A stretch of 64,000 nt of DNA from Octopus vulgaris (taxonomy: Eukaryota): the NCBI GenBank assembly GCA_951406725.2, contig OX597816.1, forward strand, positions 39,370,001 to 39,434,000, written 5' to 3'. The position numbers and the translations under genes are program-made. Below the pieces are notes generated by a model that did no database searches, was not told the DNA's origin, and saw only the letters and a list, made by a program, of their open reading frames with translations. The number at the start of each line of letters is the position of its first letter. Position 1 is the stretch's first letter. Below are positions 63,160-64,000 of the stretch, one piece after another.

Positions 63160-63838
63160 CAGAGGTTCTCAACCACTTTTTATCTATGGACCACTTTAAT
63201 TACTATTTTACTCAGGTGGACCCCCATAACCATATGGTGTTTAAAAACTAGTTTTATAGAAACTTCTTCTAAAATCCCTATTTTGTTTTTCACACATTAA
63301 TTTGTGTATGTTGAACTATAGGTGCAGGAGTGGCTGTGTGGTAAGTAGCTTGCTTATCAACCACTTGGTTCCAGGTTCAGTCCCACTGCTTGGCTCCTAA
63401 GGAGCCAAGCAAGTGTCTTCTAGTATAGCCTCGACCCGACCAAAGCCTTGTGAGTGGATTTGGTAGACAGAAACTGAAAGAAGCCTGTTTTATATATGTA
63501 TATATATATATGTATGTGTGTGTATATGTTTGTGTCTGTGTAGCAGTTCGGCAAAAGAGACTGATATAATAAGTACTAGGCTTACAAAGAATGAGTCCTG
63601 GGGTCAATTTGCTTGACTAAAGGCAGTGCTCCAGCATGGCTGCAGTCAAATGACTGAAACAAGTAAAAGAGTATATAAAATGTTAGAGAATGAAACCTAG
63701 TTCTTTCTTGCAATACATACATCTAAAGCAGGGCTCTTTAAATTACTATTGTGGATCTTAATTTACTATTTTGTTGCGTGCTCCCCCAACATCATATGGA
63801 TCCTCAGGGGCCATATGAATCCTGGTTGAGAACCATTG
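63160..63838. mobile_element. hAT-type MITE with 8-bp target-site duplication, containing a SINE A (about 63320-63672)
   Basis: acctagat at 63152-63159 and 63839-63846; TIRs cagaggttctcaacc / ggttgagaaccattg. Confidence 0.88.
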
Positions 63839-64000
63839 ACCTAGATAAATCACTGTAGTAACATAATTTTATATTGTTATTTAGATTTAAAGATGAACAA
63901 AGTAAATCTGGGTTGCTTAGTAACATAGAATCCAGGGCTGTTTCAGGTTTTCTCGTAAGGAAAGAGATAAAATAATGCGTGCGCATTTATTTTATTTATA

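Noticed and set aside
61390-64000. Search for the remaining TBL1 exons (expected ...HSYRGTGGIFEVCWN...)
   Set aside because: No matching sequence found; they presumably lie beyond the window.

Overview
AT-rich eukaryotic genomic DNA. The repeat complement (tRNA-derived SINEs, RTE LINE tails ending in (GAT)n, TTAA MITEs, dense microsatellites) suggests an invertebrate, most likely an octopus or other coleoid cephalopod; that assignment is inference. The window lies largely within one + strand gene, the TBL1X/TBL1XR1/ebi ortholog (LisH + F-box-like + WD40 subunit of NCoR/SMRT-HDAC3). I resolved 12 coding exons (9976-61389, 1341 nt, 447 codons) with GT-AG boundaries and consistent phases. The promoter, the first non-coding exon(s) and the last coding exons are not evident in the window. 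The introns hold SINEs, RTE fragments, piggyBac-type, Tigger, mariner and hAT MITEs, a Helentron-type element and a Tigger transposase relic. Most ORFs in the supplied track are repeat artefacts. Best leads: (1) a CpG-retaining, promoter-like island in intron 3 with CCAAT, Inr and X-box motifs that could drive a WD40-only isoform; (2) a minimal Penelope-type hammerhead ribozyme core with two decayed copies upstream; (3) a TSD-flanked insertion starting with a 47-bp-arm fold-back hairpin; (4) expandable hairpin-unit arrays in the RTE 3' UTR; (5) overlapping uORFs just upstream of the start codon. All regulatory interpretations are hypotheses from sequence alone.
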